A stretch of DNA of 64,000 nt from Candidatus Altimarinota bacterium (GCA_046314355.1 JBKBWQ010000001.1:1376001-1440000); one strand, 5' to 3'; shown: positions 10,601 to 20,681, counted from the first letter of the stretch. Translations and numbers: made by a program. Notes: generated by a model from the sequence alone, not told the origin.

Positions 10601-13600
10601 ATAATATCCGTAAATGCTGCATCTGTTGCAATGTCTAAGATGTACTGAGTAGCTGTGTCAGATGTATCAACGTCATTGTAGATACCTGAGAAGACAACAC
10701 TTGTACTATTTAAATTTGCAGGGTCTGTGCTACCGCTTTGAGCTGTATTAGCTGCGGTATTTGAGAAAAGATTTGTTGGAGCTGTAGGGGTATTATTTCC
10801 GCTACCTGTACCTGTAGTAAAGGTAAGTGTATCCTGCAGATAGTTTGGTAAGAATGCATTATCTTCTACATAGTAGTTTACATTTACTGCCTGACTTACT
10901 GGAAGATTGACGTCAGGGTTGATGATGACGCGGATACCATCGGTAATATTCGTAAAAGTACATACATATCCTGTCTCACATACACCGCCTGAAACGGCAG
11001 CTATAGCATCAATATCTATAAAGAGATTATTGAGATTAATTCCTGTACCTGGGTCTGTGAAATCAAACTGAATATTTGTATTTGGAGAAACGTTTGTAGC
11101 ACTCATTGCAGGTATACTTGTCGCAAGAGGGGCAACCTGATCTGAGAGTACTGTAAATTCTGCTGCAGAGCTTCCATCAGCGGAGAAGGCTCCTTCAGCA
11201 CCATTGTTATCCCAGAACTTGATTCTCCAGTAATAGGTAATATCTGCATCGATAGTACCTCCTGGAATTGTAATATCCTCAGAACGTCCGTCTACTACTA
11301 CAGCATTATTTAGTGCCGTACCAGCTGATCCACTGTCGTAGATAATGTCTGTAAACTCGTCATCAGTGGCAATTTGAAGCTGATACTTAGAAGCTACATC
11401 TCCAGGATTCACATCCTTATATATTGCAGAAAATACTACATCGGTACTATCTAAATATGGATCATCTTCTCCTGACTGGGCAGTGTTGACCGTTGTATTA
11501 GAATACAGATCATCTGGGCTTCCCGGGTAATTATTTAAAGGTGCAATAGTAGTATAAGTGCCATCTCCTTGATCTATAAGTAGATCATTTTCGTCATAAT
11601 CCAAAACATTAATGTAGAAAGTACTTGTACTACAGTTTGGTCCAGGTACAAATGCTAATAAGGAAGCATTGAGCACTGCAGCACAAGGGTTTTCAATGTT
11701 ATCTACTGTCACCGTAATTGGATCTCCATTTGAATCCCCTGTAGTCTGGACTTCAATTTCTATGATATTTTGGTCAGCATCTATGAGTATGTTGTAAGTT
11801 CCAGTTATGTTTGTTCCTGAGATATTCACATCACCTGAAGTGAGTCCTGTAAGGTCAAAAACATCTGGATAGCTAAGTACTACAGACCAATGGTCATTAA
11901 TATTTGTAGGAGGAGTATACGTGATACTTTGAGTGGCAGGTGCACCAACATGATAGTCAGTAAGAGTGACATTTATTGGATCAATGATACCTGAAATTCT
12001 AAAGTTTCCGCTTCCTTGGTCAATCAATGTGTCCGCGACATCAAGATGGTCCACTCCAATAGTATAAGAACCCGGATTTGGATTTGTAAGACCACCAACG
12101 AATATGTTTATCTCATCTCCGTTTGTATCTCCACCTGATGTTTGTATTTCGATAAGTATTGTTTTTGTGCCATCATCTATGACAACATTGTGAGGCATGG
12201 TAATATTTGTACCTTGAATATCTATATCACCTGCAGATAACGCCGAGAGATCAATCTCTGGTGGAAATGTCAGGAGAACCTTCCAATGATCATCAATATT
12301 CGTTGGGGGTGTGTAATCAATGTAATATCCATTATCAGTACTGCCGGCAGATGAGTCTCCAAGGCTGATACTGATTGGATCAATCACTCCTACTGCAAAT
12401 TGTGTCTCGAAACTATATGATCCAGTAAGAGTATTAGGAGCTGCTGCTGTATCCGAAATACTATAAGTTACTGGTACTGTTGAGGCACTAGGCAGCTGAG
12501 GCAGTTTATTAATATAAATATCGATATAGTGCCCTGAAGGAGAAATACTACAACTGAAACCTGTCTGACACACGCCATCGACAACTGCATTAATTCCAGA
12601 AACTGTCATATCAAGGCTATTCTCATCTATGTCTGAATCTTCATCATAAAATGAGATAGAGAGTGTGCTATTTACGTCGACATTTGTATATGTATCTTCA
12701 GGATTATAGTAGCTGAGTATTGGTGCTACTGTATCGATAATATTAAATTTGGCAGCAGATGCTCCTGATGGAGTGAAGGCACCTTGTCCCTCTTTATCAT
12801 CCCAAAACTTAATTCTCCAATAATACGTAGTCCCGGGTGAGAAGGTAGTTCCAGCAATGAGATCTTCGGAACGTTCACCATTTGCGATAGGTGTTGTAAG
12901 AGTCTGTTTACCGCTATCAGATATAATGGATGAGAACGCATCATCCGTAGCTACCTGAAGTCTATAGCTTGTAGCAGTGTCTGATCCGTCTGGATCATTG
13001 TAGAGGGCAGAGAAGACTACGTCATTGGTAGCAAGATCCAAAGGATCCGTCCGTCCAGTCTGGGCTGTATTAGTAGCTGTATTAGAATAAAGCGTTGTTG
13101 GTGATGTTGGAATGCTATTAAGAGGTGCAGTTAAGACAAATGTACCTGAACCTCTGTCCACGAGAACAGAAGACGGATCAAGATCCTCTACCATAAGTAG
13201 ATAAGACGTCGCAGTACTCGGGTTTTGTAAACCATTAATACTTATGACTATTGGATCTCCATTTGAATCTCCATCTGATGCTTGTACATCCATGGTGATG
13301 GTTTTGGCAGTATTATCTATAACGATATTACTAGCACCAGAGATGTTTGTACCATTAAGGAATATATCTAGCCCTGTAAGGTTATATTCTGGTGGAAAAG
13401 TTAAACGAATCTTCCAGTTATTATCAACATTTGTCGGAGGAGTATACGTAATAATATAGTCTGAACCCTGACTAATAAGTGGATTTACTGGTTCAATAGT
13501 GACAGGATTAATAAGCCCGACAGATGGATCTACTCCTGTAAGAGTAAATATTCCTGTACCTGAGTCTGACACTAGTCCACGATCTGTAAGTTCCGTAACA

Positions 13601-16023
13601 TGAAGAGGTTTTTCACCTGGAGGAGTCGTGTTTATGACATTATTTACTACTATTTGTACTGCATAGTTACTTGAGTTGTTACTCGAGATGTGAGTAATGA
13701 GCTGGATTTTATTATTGACAGCATCTACGGTCACAGTCGGACTACTCAGCGGGCCTCCGCTTATGGAGACATCTCCATTTGTTACATTGGAAAGGTCTGT
13801 ACCTGCAGGAAAATCAAGATTGATAATCCAATCATTATCGAGAGCACTACTTGGAGTGTAATCGATAGTATAGGTACTCTGTGTACTTACATTATCATCT
13901 GAGAGAGTGACAATCGGAGTAATAGTACCCTGTGCTGCAATAGATAAAATGCCGTCCAGAGTTTCCACTAATGTATGCGATGTATTATAGATCTCCATAG
14001 TTACAGGAAGATCTCCTCCCGTAGAAGGATTAATGACGTTATATAAATTCATATAAATATCCTGACCATTGGAGTCACCGCTTGAGTACTGAAGATGTAC
14101 TTCCACTGTTCTAGCAATAGGATCAATGGTCTTTGAGTAGCTGCCGGACATGTATGCTCCATTATTACTGATGTCACTCTCAGAGAGATTGGAAAGATCT
14201 ACTCCGGCAGGGAAGAACACTTTTACATAATATCCGTCAGATATATTTGCGACAGGTTTGTAAACAATGTCATAATAGGTATCTGCAAGACGCTGATTAT
14301 TATCTGGAGTGACAATTAGGTTACTTGTAATAGGATATAAAGCTACTCCTTGATCGACGAGACTGCCAAAGGAATCTTTATGCGTAATAGTAACATCGTA
14401 GTTACCTGGAGTATTAGGATTGATAATGTTCGGAATGTAGAATTGAATAGTGTTGAGACCAGATGGTCCGATCTGCATGTCAGTTACATACGTAATTGTA
14501 TGATTTGCATTATCTACTGTGGGAAGTACATACTCAAAGTTATTGCCATATACCGTTATATCATTTGGATCTATATTTGAAAGATCCACAAGGGGATCAA
14601 ACTGAAGTTCCAAAGTCCACCCGTCAGAAATAGATGTGGGAGTAGTGTAGCTGATTTCATAATAGGTCTCAGTATTCTTTTTATAATCCCCGAGAGCAAG
14701 ACTGATCGGGGTAATGAGATTGCCGGAATTCACAATCTGAAAGTCTCCATGACCGCTATCAATAAGTAAACTACTTGGGTTGTAATCTTCTATTAATAGC
14801 TCATAGATATCCGCAGTATTAGTATTGATGACGTTTGCAATCTGAAGTGTAAGCTCTGCTCCGCCAGAATCTCCGCTTGGCATATCTACAGTTACCTCCA
14901 CGTAGTGATTTGTATTATCTATGAATACCATGGGAGTATTGAAAGTTGCACCTGTGAGAGAAACATCTCCTGAAGTAACATTTGATAGATCGGTCCCATC
15001 CGGGAAAGTAGCGCGTATAGTCCAGCCGTTATCAATATTTGCTTGAGGGGTATATTTTGCTGTATAAGTCGCTGTAGCACCTACGAGTGGTGTATTGATT
15101 TCTACCGTAGGATACAGATTTCCTGGAGGAGAAATATAGAATGAATCTACTCCTGTACTTAATATATTGAGAGAACTATCAAGCACAGTAAAATTACCAA
15201 AGAAGTCTCCTCCTATGGAAGGATTGATAATATTCGCAATGTAAAATACAGCTAAGCCACTATGATCAATACCCGAAAGATCTAAAGAAAAATCTATATA
15301 CTTATCTACAGTATTAATCGATGTATTATTTACGATAGCTGGAGTGCTCAATGTTGCTGTAACGTCTGGAGCAGTGACATTGCTTAAATCTACTTCAGGT
15401 GGGAACTGCAGTCTGATATTGCTTGTATCTGCGATATCCCCATAATAATAAAAGTTATATGTAGTCGAAGCACCTCTCATATCTGAGTCAGTGGTAATGG
15501 AGGGGTAGTTTGCTACTGGTGCAAGTACAAAATTTCCCAAACCAGAGTCTTTGAGTATATCTGAGGAGGTAGTAGTTTTAAGCTCCAATTCGTAAAATCC
15601 TGCGGCAGCATTTGTGATATTGTATACAGTTGCATACATTGTCGTGATAGTACCAGTAACAGTACCGATCTCCACAGTGGCGGTTCTATTTACTGTATCA
15701 ATACTCACTGGACCTGCACTAGTCATTCCAGTTGCATAAAAGCTTACATCGCCTGTGGTAAGGTTGGAAATATCAAATCCAACTGGGAATTCTATAACTA
15801 GTTTATCGCCGGTCTGAAGACTGGTCTCAATATTAAATTGTATAGGGTATGTGACATTTGTATCGCCAGGAATACTACTATATGGCAATACGAATACGCT
15901 TGTTAAATTACCAGCAGCAGAAGCAGCTGGAATGGAGAAAAAGCTAAACACCAATAAAGTGAGTAGAAAACCGAATATATGTCTCTTAAAAGTATCTTTA
16001 AAAAAAGAAAGTCTGTTTATCAT
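7681..16023 (-). CDS. giant secreted surface/S-layer protein with repeated Ig-like and Fn3-like modules and C-terminal SLH domains
   Basis: Signal peptide; repeated T/S/D-rich beta modules; four TAQ(S/T)G...YY(W/Y)R modules; Ig-like modules with GVCQTG.C; Gly and Asn/Gln linker; two SLH clusters (FPDV, GY.DGTYKPD, SRAEALK). Confidence 0.85.
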   Translation of the reverse strand: MINRLSFFKDTFKRHIFGFLLTLLVFSFFSIPAASAAGNLTSVFVLPYSSIPGDTNVTYPIQFNIETSLQTGDKLVIEFPVGFDISNLTTGDVSFYATGMTSAGPVSIDTVNRTATVEIGTVTGTITTMYATVYNITNAAAGFYELELKTTTSSDILKDSGLGNFVLAPVANYPSITTDSDMRGASTTYNFYYYGDIADTSNIRLQFPPEVDLSNVTAPDVTATLSTPAIVNNTSINTVDKYIDFSLDLSGIDHSGLAVFYIANIINPSIGGDFFGNFTVLDSSLNILSTGVDSFYISPPGNLYPTVEINTPLVGATATYTAKYTPQANIDNGWTIRATFPDGTDLSNVTSGDVSLTGATFNTPMVFIDNTNHYVEVTVDMPSGDSGGAELTLQIANVINTNTADIYELLIEDYNPSSLLIDSGHGDFQIVNSGNLITPISLALGDYKKNTETYYEISYTTPTSISDGWTLELQFDPLVDLSNIDPNDITVYGNNFEYVLPTVDNANHTITYVTDMQIGPSGLNTIQFYIPNIINPNTPGNYDVTITHKDSFGSLVDQGVALYPITSNLIVTPDNNQRLADTYYDIVYKPVANISDGYYVKVFFPAGVDLSNLSESDISNNGAYMSGSYSKTIDPIARTVEVHLQYSSGDSNGQDIYMNLYNVINPSTGGDLPVTMEIYNTSHTLVETLDGILSIAAQGTITPIVTLSDDNVSTQSTYTIDYTPSSALDNDWIINLDFPAGTDLSNVTNGDVSISGGPLSSPTVTVDAVNNKIQLITHISSNNSSNYAVQIVVNNVINTTPPGEKPLHVTELTDRGLVSDSGTGIFTLTGVDPSVGLINPVTIEPVNPLISQGSDYIITYTPPTNVDNNWKIRLTFPPEYNLTGLDIFLNGTNISGASNIVIDNTAKTITMDVQASDGDSNGDPIVISINGLQNPSTATSYLLMVEDLDPSSVLVDRGSGTFVLTAPLNSIPTSPTTLYSNTATNTAQTGRTDPLDLATNDVVFSALYNDPDGSDTATSYRLQVATDDAFSSIISDSGKQTLTTPIANGERSEDLIAGTTFSPGTTYYWRIKFWDDKEGQGAFTPSGASAAKFNIIDTVAPILSYYNPEDTYTNVDVNSTLSISFYDEDSDIDENSLDMTVSGINAVVDGVCQTGFSCSISPSGHYIDIYINKLPQLPSASTVPVTYSISDTAAAPNTLTGSYSFETQFAVGVIDPISISLGDSSAGSTDNGYYIDYTPPTNIDDHWKVLLTFPPEIDLSALSAGDIDIQGTNITMPHNVVIDDGTKTILIEIQTSGGDTNGDEINIFVGGLTNPNPGSYTIGVDHLDVADTLIDQGSGNFRISGIIDPINVTLTDYHVGAPATQSITYTPPTNINDHWSVVLSYPDVFDLTGLTSGDVNISGTNITGTYNILIDADQNIIEIEVQTTGDSNGDPITVTVDNIENPCAAVLNASLLAFVPGPNCSTSTFYINVLDYDENDLLIDQGDGTYTTIAPLNNYPGSPDDLYSNTTVNTAQSGEDDPYLDSTDVVFSAIYKDVNPGDVASKYQLQIATDDEFTDIIYDSGSAGTALNNAVVVDGRSEDITIPGGTIDADITYYWRIKFWDNNGAEGAFSADGSSAAEFTVLSDQVAPLATSIPAMSATNVSPNTNIQFDFTDPGTGINLNNLFIDIDAIAAVSGGVCETGYVCTFTNITDGIRVIINPDVNLPVSQAVNVNYYVEDNAFLPNYLQDTLTFTTGTGSGNNTPTAPTNLFSNTAANTAQSGSTDPANLNSTSVVFSGIYNDVDTSDTATQYILDIATDAAFTDIIYASGATTLTNAVSVGNRSEDIVIPNGTINVEVPYYWRLAFVDNNNGTGAFSSTAQFMVADSTAPTLTSSTPTDSATGVSVGTNIVLNFSDTETPIDVSSINITIGGINAITGGVCQTGYTCNTTTPTANTAQVTITPAAAFSNAANITIGYSVDDSAAVPNALSSSLSFTTEAVSNSAPSAPTAIFANTAVNTAQSGSTNPTNLDSTSVVVSGLFQDTDTSDTAVKYQVQVATDSAFTSVVYDSGSTGTNLTTPVAVGDRSEDLAIPGGSLAIETPYYYRIKFWDDSDTAGAFSSTAQFMVADLVAPILSSSTPINGATGVATTAGVELNFTDADTSVSPTSINVAFNGSQAITNGVCQSGYSCTITAISGGQKAVITHTTPFPAGTSIAVNYMISDTALVPNTYSNAFSFTTQAATPPVSNGGGGGGSGGGYVTPIPAPTNFNQNLRESAENMNSNAVTNINQNTIQNQNQNTIQNQNTNTPQQNLNQNTVLTQPDLAKRPNSVSPSTSGVPYIESVCPALQNLPVPNYSDITDAELQNYINQLNRYGIHIDSTDNRFLADAPVTRSEILKYLIQGSCEMYRNKSVSTAPFPDVSLTHKDVYYVTVGKDNGVVTGYLNDGTYKPDRPISRAEALKVMIQVFTSYQNIIVDGQSEPFSDVNGSEWYAPYIRFAYEQHIISDTPDHKFNPNSPATREEIAEFLAKALILKSGILRSPEDLKPVANVNQNTAPVVNKNTNSLTPPEEPKTPANSNTNEGTIPERTILKEGKVPYAESVCPSIEAKTKTTYGDLTNKDLAKFVDLLIKSGVAFVPEDGKFNENAMVARSELLRFVIEGNCEDFKLENIKKAPFPDVPVTHKDVFFIYAAKLRNIISGYLTDGTYKPDNDVSRAEALKIILEVTLGDGKRTFTGNAQDFADISWNDPLAWYRGYVSYAIEKGIISIEKDKKFRPNDKATRKEIIYFLSQALNIKNR

Positions 16024-16094
16024 ATGTATTTTTGTTTAGAATAATCCACTAATAGTATACATGAGCCGGTCAGATATGAAAAGTAAGTAAGTAC

Positions 16095-17876
16095 TTACTT
16101 TTCATAAATGGCATAAAAAATGAGATCGTTAGTAGTCTCTTTTCGTGTAGTCATAAGAGCGCCGGATGAATAGACATTATTTTTTGCCGCACTTATCCGG
16201 AGAGGAGAAGTGGAGGAGATAGTAGGAAACACTTCAAAGCAGTATGGAGTGTCTTTACTTGATGAGATCACAGGGAAGTAGACTTCATAGTATTTTCCTG
16301 GGAGGAGTTGCTCCGGCATCAGAGGAGCGGCAAAAAGTATTTTTCTGCAGTCACCTTCTTTAAGCAAAAACTGGTAGGTAGAAGTAATTTTTGGGCTACT
16401 TTTATCTATAAAGAATCCAAGACCAGAGAGATTCTTTTGATCTGATATAAAAGTCTGCTCTAATGGTTTCTGTTTTTCTAAAGCATAAGGAATACTGTCT
16501 GCAGTTTGCGAAACGTAGACTTTTTCCTCAACACTGTAGTATCTCTGTTCAATGAGTGAAAATGAAGCAAGTATACTTATTATTATGATGCTGACTATGA
16601 GTATTTTTCGTCCATATTCATTGATGACGGTATGATACAGTAATAAAAACGCGAGAGGAAGAAGCGGGAGAAAATATTTACCCTGAACGAGATCTATTAC
16701 ATTGCCGCTGCGGGGTTCAAGAATGGATAGACCAAGAAATATTGTGCAGATACAACCTAAGAGAGTAAGCAGTGAAATGAGCGAGAATTTTGCAGAGAGA
16801 GGTTTGGTTTCCTCTTTTGCAAGTACTATGAACCCTCCGAGAAGCAGAATATAGTGAAGATTATTGAGGTAGAGCTCCTTTGTGCCAAGACCTCCTAAGA
16901 GACTCTTCCAGTAATAATCAAAATAGACATTGATGCTGAAAAAGAGATCTTTGAAAAAATCAAATGGGTTGACAAAAAACACAAGCAGCTGACTCTTCTG
17001 ATCAATAACCTGCGTATTAAATTTGATAAGCAGAAAATAGCAGATGGCAAATAAGATATGTCCTATAATGAATAAAATCTTATATAAAATTGAACTTTTC
17101 TTTGAAGCAAATAATGTCTCAGGGATGAGTAATACAAGAAGAGCAAAAGGATAGTAGCCTGCCTTTGCATGTATACAGAGTAGGGATATCAGAAAGAAAA
17201 GGATGCCCTCTGTAAGAGAGATCTTTTTTTCCCGCTTATAATAGAAATATAGTATAACCGCTGTGAAGAACAGTAAGCCTACATAGTGCATTGCGTCTGC
17301 ACTTAGGGATGCTGTTTGCTGGACAAACATTGGGAGTAATCCTGTGAAGGTGAAGACACCTTTTGCTAGAGGTGTAATACGAATAGCAAAAAACATCACG
17401 AGTATAGCAAAGAGCAGATTAGCTACTCTTCCTGCATAAAGTAATACTCCAATTTCAGAGGTAAATAACTTAGCTATAAATATACCAAAACTTTGAGGTA
17501 AAACCGTCCAAAGTGTCCGTGTGCAGAATGGCTGGTTTGTAAATTCTCTTTCTGTGCCTACTGTCTTTTTTGAATTTTCCGCTATGGTTTTTTCAGGAAT
17601 ACGTACATCTATTCTATTGATGAGGGGATCAACTCCAAAGGTTTGCCCCACATGAGCTATTTCCTTTGGAAGGTACATGCCATACTGTCCTTTTTGCTCA
17701 CCCTCACTACAGAAAAAATATCCTTCTGAAAAAGCATACGCCTTCTGAAAATGCCTCTCTTCATCCATGATCTGCAGCGGCGGAAGTCTGAATGCAAAAT
17801 ATAATCCAAATATAAGTGCAAAAAAAAGATAGATGAATTCCCACTGCAGCAGTCTTTTTACTATATTTGAATTCAA
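16095..17876 (-). CDS. DUF2142-like integral membrane (GT-C-type) protein
   Basis: PPLQIMDEERHF, LLYAGR, SLSAD, KAGY and QGKYFLP motifs; many TM helices. Confidence 0.75.
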   Translation of the reverse strand: MNSNIVKRLLQWEFIYLFFALIFGLYFAFRLPPLQIMDEERHFQKAYAFSEGYFFCSEGEQKGQYGMYLPKEIAHVGQTFGVDPLINRIDVRIPEKTIAENSKKTVGTEREFTNQPFCTRTLWTVLPQSFGIFIAKLFTSEIGVLLYAGRVANLLFAILVMFFAIRITPLAKGVFTFTGLLPMFVQQTASLSADAMHYVGLLFFTAVILYFYYKREKKISLTEGILFFLISLLCIHAKAGYYPFALLVLLIPETLFASKKSSILYKILFIIGHILFAICYFLLIKFNTQVIDQKSQLLVFFVNPFDFFKDLFFSINVYFDYYWKSLLGGLGTKELYLNNLHYILLLGGFIVLAKEETKPLSAKFSLISLLTLLGCICTIFLGLSILEPRSGNVIDLVQGKYFLPLLPLAFLLLYHTVINEYGRKILIVSIIIISILASFSLIEQRYYSVEEKVYVSQTADSIPYALEKQKPLEQTFISDQKNLSGLGFFIDKSSPKITSTYQFLLKEGDCRKILFAAPLMPEQLLPGKYYEVYFPVISSSKDTPYCFEVFPTISSTSPLRISAAKNNVYSSGALMTTRKETTNDLIFYAIYEK

Positions 17877-18868
17877 AGGAAGTGTCTTTTAATAATATGG
17901 AAGCTTTCATACCATTCTCCTACTCCATAGCTAATATGAGTTGTGAGACATAAGAGAAAGAGCATGGGGACAAGGCTGAGATGCCCCTGTATGCCAACCT
18001 GGATACTAAAACACAGTATGACAAAGAGATAGAGAAGAAAAGGAAAAAGAAACAAATAATGTATACAACTTAAAAATAATATGATGATGCTGCTCACTAC
18101 AAGCATTGGGAGTAACATATGCGGTTCATGTAGTAATTTATTTTTTGTCATAGCAAAAATACGTCCTCTGCCATATCTAAACATGCTTTTACTCCAGCTT
18201 CTGAGTGATGGCTCTCTTTTGTGAAGAATAATTGTGTCTTTGAGATACATAAATGTGTATCCCAGAGAGCGGAGTCTAGAGGTAATCTCTAGATCAGATC
18301 CCCCAAAAGTCATTGTTTCATCAAAAGGATAGAGCTTAAGAACTTCTCTTTTATAAAGAATATTAGTGGTGGGCAGATGGTCAATGAGCTGATCTTCATG
18401 ATATATTTTTCCATTTGCAGATCCATGAGATCCTAGATATGACTGCAGAAATACTTTTAATGCCCGGCTATACATGCTATTTAGCAACTCTACTTCATTA
18501 CCGCCTCCCACAGCACATAAGGTAGGATACTTTACTACATAATGCTTATATCCTTTCATCAGTTTCGACAACCAGTCTGTGGGGGCTACACAGTCGGCAT
18601 CAGTATAAGCAAGATATGGAAAACTGCTTACTTCTATTCCAATATTTCTACTAAAGACAATTCCTTTTTTGGGATTACTCACTAGCTTAATGGTAGGGTT
18701 TGCAGCTGCTAGAGATTCTACTATTTGTACTGTTGTATCTGTAGAGCCATTATCAATCACAAATATCTCAAATCCTTCTTCATAGTCCTGCGCTAGGAGA
18801 GATTCGAGGCATGATTGTATACAGGACTCTTCATTGTAAGACACGATGACAACTGAGATACTATTCAT
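17873..18868 (-). CDS. GT2 glycosyltransferase with C-terminal TM segments
   Basis: SVVIVSYNEE, IDNGSTD, TDADC (DxD) and YGRGR. Start placed at ATG 18868, just past the trmD stop. Confidence 0.88.
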   Translation of the reverse strand: MNSISVVIVSYNEESCIQSCLESLLAQDYEEGFEIFVIDNGSTDTTVQIVESLAAANPTIKLVSNPKKGIVFSRNIGIEVSSFPYLAYTDADCVAPTDWLSKLMKGYKHYVVKYPTLCAVGGGNEVELLNSMYSRALKVFLQSYLGSHGSANGKIYHEDQLIDHLPTTNILYKREVLKLYPFDETMTFGGSDLEITSRLRSLGYTFMYLKDTIILHKREPSLRSWSKSMFRYGRGRIFAMTKNKLLHEPHMLLPMLVVSSIIILFLSCIHYLFLFPFLLYLFVILCFSIQVGIQGHLSLVPMLFLLCLTTHISYGVGEWYESFHIIKRHFL

Positions 18869-18876
18869 GGAATTTT

Positions 18877-19575
18877 TTATGAAAGCTGCTTTTTTCTCCA
18901 CTCAGAAATATTTTTATGATGACCTGACATAAGTACGTCAGGTACTTTTACTCCACGCCATTCTTCAGGTCTTGTATAATGAGGATATTCTTTTTTTCTT
19001 CCAAATTGTTTTGAAAATGATTCTTCTTCAGGAGATTCTTCGTTGCCTAGAATACCAGGTAACAAACGTGTGACAGAATCTATGAGAAATAATGCAGGGT
19101 ATTCGCCTCCAGTGAGGATGGCTTCTCCGATGCAAAATTCCATATCCACATACATATCGAGTACTCTTTGATCGATACCTTCATATCTTCCACACAGCAG
19201 AATGACATGTTCATACTTTGAAGAGATCTTTTCTGCTCGAGCTTGAGTATAGCGTTTTCCTCTAGGCGTGAAGTGGATGACTAGAACTGAGAGGCTCTTA
19301 CTCCTCCTTGATAAAGGGGGTTGGGGGGATTGCAGCTCGGCAATCTTTTCTTTTACCGCTTCAATAGCCCGAGCTACAGGTTCCGGACGAAACAGCATAC
19401 CGGCTCCTCCTCCAAAGGGTGTATCATCAATTCTCTTATTTGGTGCTTCTTTATATTCTACGAGATGGTAAAAAGAGACTTCCACTTTTTTATCTTCTAC
19501 AGCTTTTCCTAAAATGCCCGTTTTGAGCGGGGATTCGAAGAATTGGGGGAACATGGTGATGATGTGGAAATGCAT
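18877..19575 (-). CDS. trmD: tRNA (guanine37-N1)-methyltransferase TrmD, with a repeat-derived in-frame insertion
   Basis: DDTPFGGGAGM, LCGRYEGIDQR, LTGGE and EYPHYTRP. Confidence 0.97.
   Translation of the reverse strand: MHFHIITMFPQFFESPLKTGILGKAVEDKKVEVSFYHLVEYKEAPNKRIDDTPFGGGAGMLFRPEPVARAIEAVKEKIAELQSPQPPLSRRSKSLSVLVIHFTPRGKRYTQARAEKISSKYEHVILLCGRYEGIDQRVLDMYVDMEFCIGEAILTGGEYPALFLIDSVTRLLPGILGNEESPEEESFSKQFGRKKEYPHYTRPEEWRGVKVPDVLMSGHHKNISEWRKKQLS
19301..19330. repeat. palindromic CCCCC..AAGGGGG..GGGGG element inside trmD
   Basis: ctcctccttgataaagggggttggggggat encodes SPQPPLSRRS; similar to the intergenic copy at 20084-20113. Confidence 0.65.
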
Positions 19576-19710
19576 GGTGGTTCTGTAAGGTCTTTGTGAG
19601 GATAGTACGGAAATGATGGAGGAAAGGCAAGAGTTTTGGTGAGCCAGTCCCTAATCCTAATCCTAATCCTTAATTCTTGAGTCAATATCGCAAAAAGAGG
19701 GAAAACTTCG

Positions 19711-19737
19711 TGTCATTCCCGTGCAGACGGGAACCCA
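19711..19737 (+). repeat. GTCA-tagged REP-like palindrome
   Basis: tgtcattcccgtgcagacgggaaccca (ttcccg/cgggaa stem). Confidence 0.75.
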
Positions 19738-19849
19738 TTGCAGGGTATGAGTTTATAAAACTAGTGTTCTTATAGTCTTCACAAATCGTCTTATAAGAGA
19801 TTAGGGTTGGGTGAGGTGAAAAGTGCTTGATGGCGTAGGTGGTTTCTTC

Positions 19850-20130
19850 TTCACCTGCCGGTGGGGCGTCACTTTTGTGACCAAAAGTAACCAAAAGTCT
19901 TGGGGGAGGAGAAAAGCGTCTGGCAAAGGGGGGGCTTTCTTGGAGTAATCAGACGCTTCTCCTCCCCCAAACCCCCAGGGACGGTGCGGTCTAGATGATG
20001 GCTCAAGTCACTAGTCACTACGCAGCCAGGCGATGTACCTGCGGTACATATCAGGGCTCGGGGAGGGGGGAGCCAATGAGCCATCCCCCTGAAAAGGGGG
20101 ACACAGGGGGTTTGAGTCCGGAGACTCTTA
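19850..20130. repeat. GC-rich multi-hairpin intergenic element (MITE/REP mosaic or structured RNA)
   Basis: acttttg..caaaagt hairpin; ~21-bp IR 19900-19922/19950-19970; caaaccccc(19968)/gggggtttg(20114) long-range stem; several inner hairpins. Confidence 0.6.
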
Positions 20131-20311
20131 TTGCTAAGCCCAAGTGAGTGTCATCCCGTTCAAAGGACATTTTTTTCTATTACTTGAGTCTTCCTAAACC
20201 CTATCTTCAATCTTTTCATCATTCATTGACAATTAGTGAGAATGATTTATTTTATTGTTCGAAAAACGAAATAAGACAATAAATATAAATAGAAAGGAAA
20301 ATGAAAAGACC

Positions 20312-20617
20312 ATGATAACTTGTAAAGTAGATGCTAAGGGTGGAACATTCCAGTACTATCTAAAGATGATCGATAACTATCCAGCGATAAAAGAGATTAA
20401 TCTAGAAAAGCTAAATAGGATTATTAAAGAGTTGGATAGGCAAAAACAGATGCAGTATAAGAATGCATCTAGTATCGACACCTTTAGTTACACTTTATCT
20501 GATGAAGATTGGAGCTGTGTTGTAAAGACTCTTCAAACTTTATCAGAGCATTCGCTGCTTGATAAGGTCCCGATTCTTCGAATGCTCGCTAATCTTAAGG
20601 AGCATGGAATAAAATAA
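20312..20617 (+). CDS. hypothetical protein
   Basis: ORF with upstream TTGACA (20226) and a downstream terminator (20627-20660); ATG start chosen at 20312. Confidence 0.6.
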   Translation: MITCKVDAKGGTFQYYLKMIDNYPAIKEINLEKLNRIIKELDRQKQMQYKNASSIDTFSYTLSDEDWSCVVKTLQTLSEHSLLDKVPILRMLANLKEHGIK

Positions 20618-20681
20618 AAATATTATTAAAGCTTTTCTATATTATAGGAAAGCTTTTTTCTTAGTTTAAATCTGAAGAATG

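Noticed and set aside
8033-16039. Plus-strand ORFs inside the SLH gene
   Set aside because: Antisense shadows of a long coding sequence.
19650-19674. Telomere-like (CCTAAT)n repeat
   Set aside because: Only about three and a half units; best treated as a simple microsatellite.
19682-20084. ORFs 19682-19894 and 19869-20084, or RNase P RNA / tmRNA in this GC-rich stretch
   Set aside because: The ORFs are translations of palindromic repeats. No GAGGAAAGTCC core or tRNA-like ends were found on either strand.
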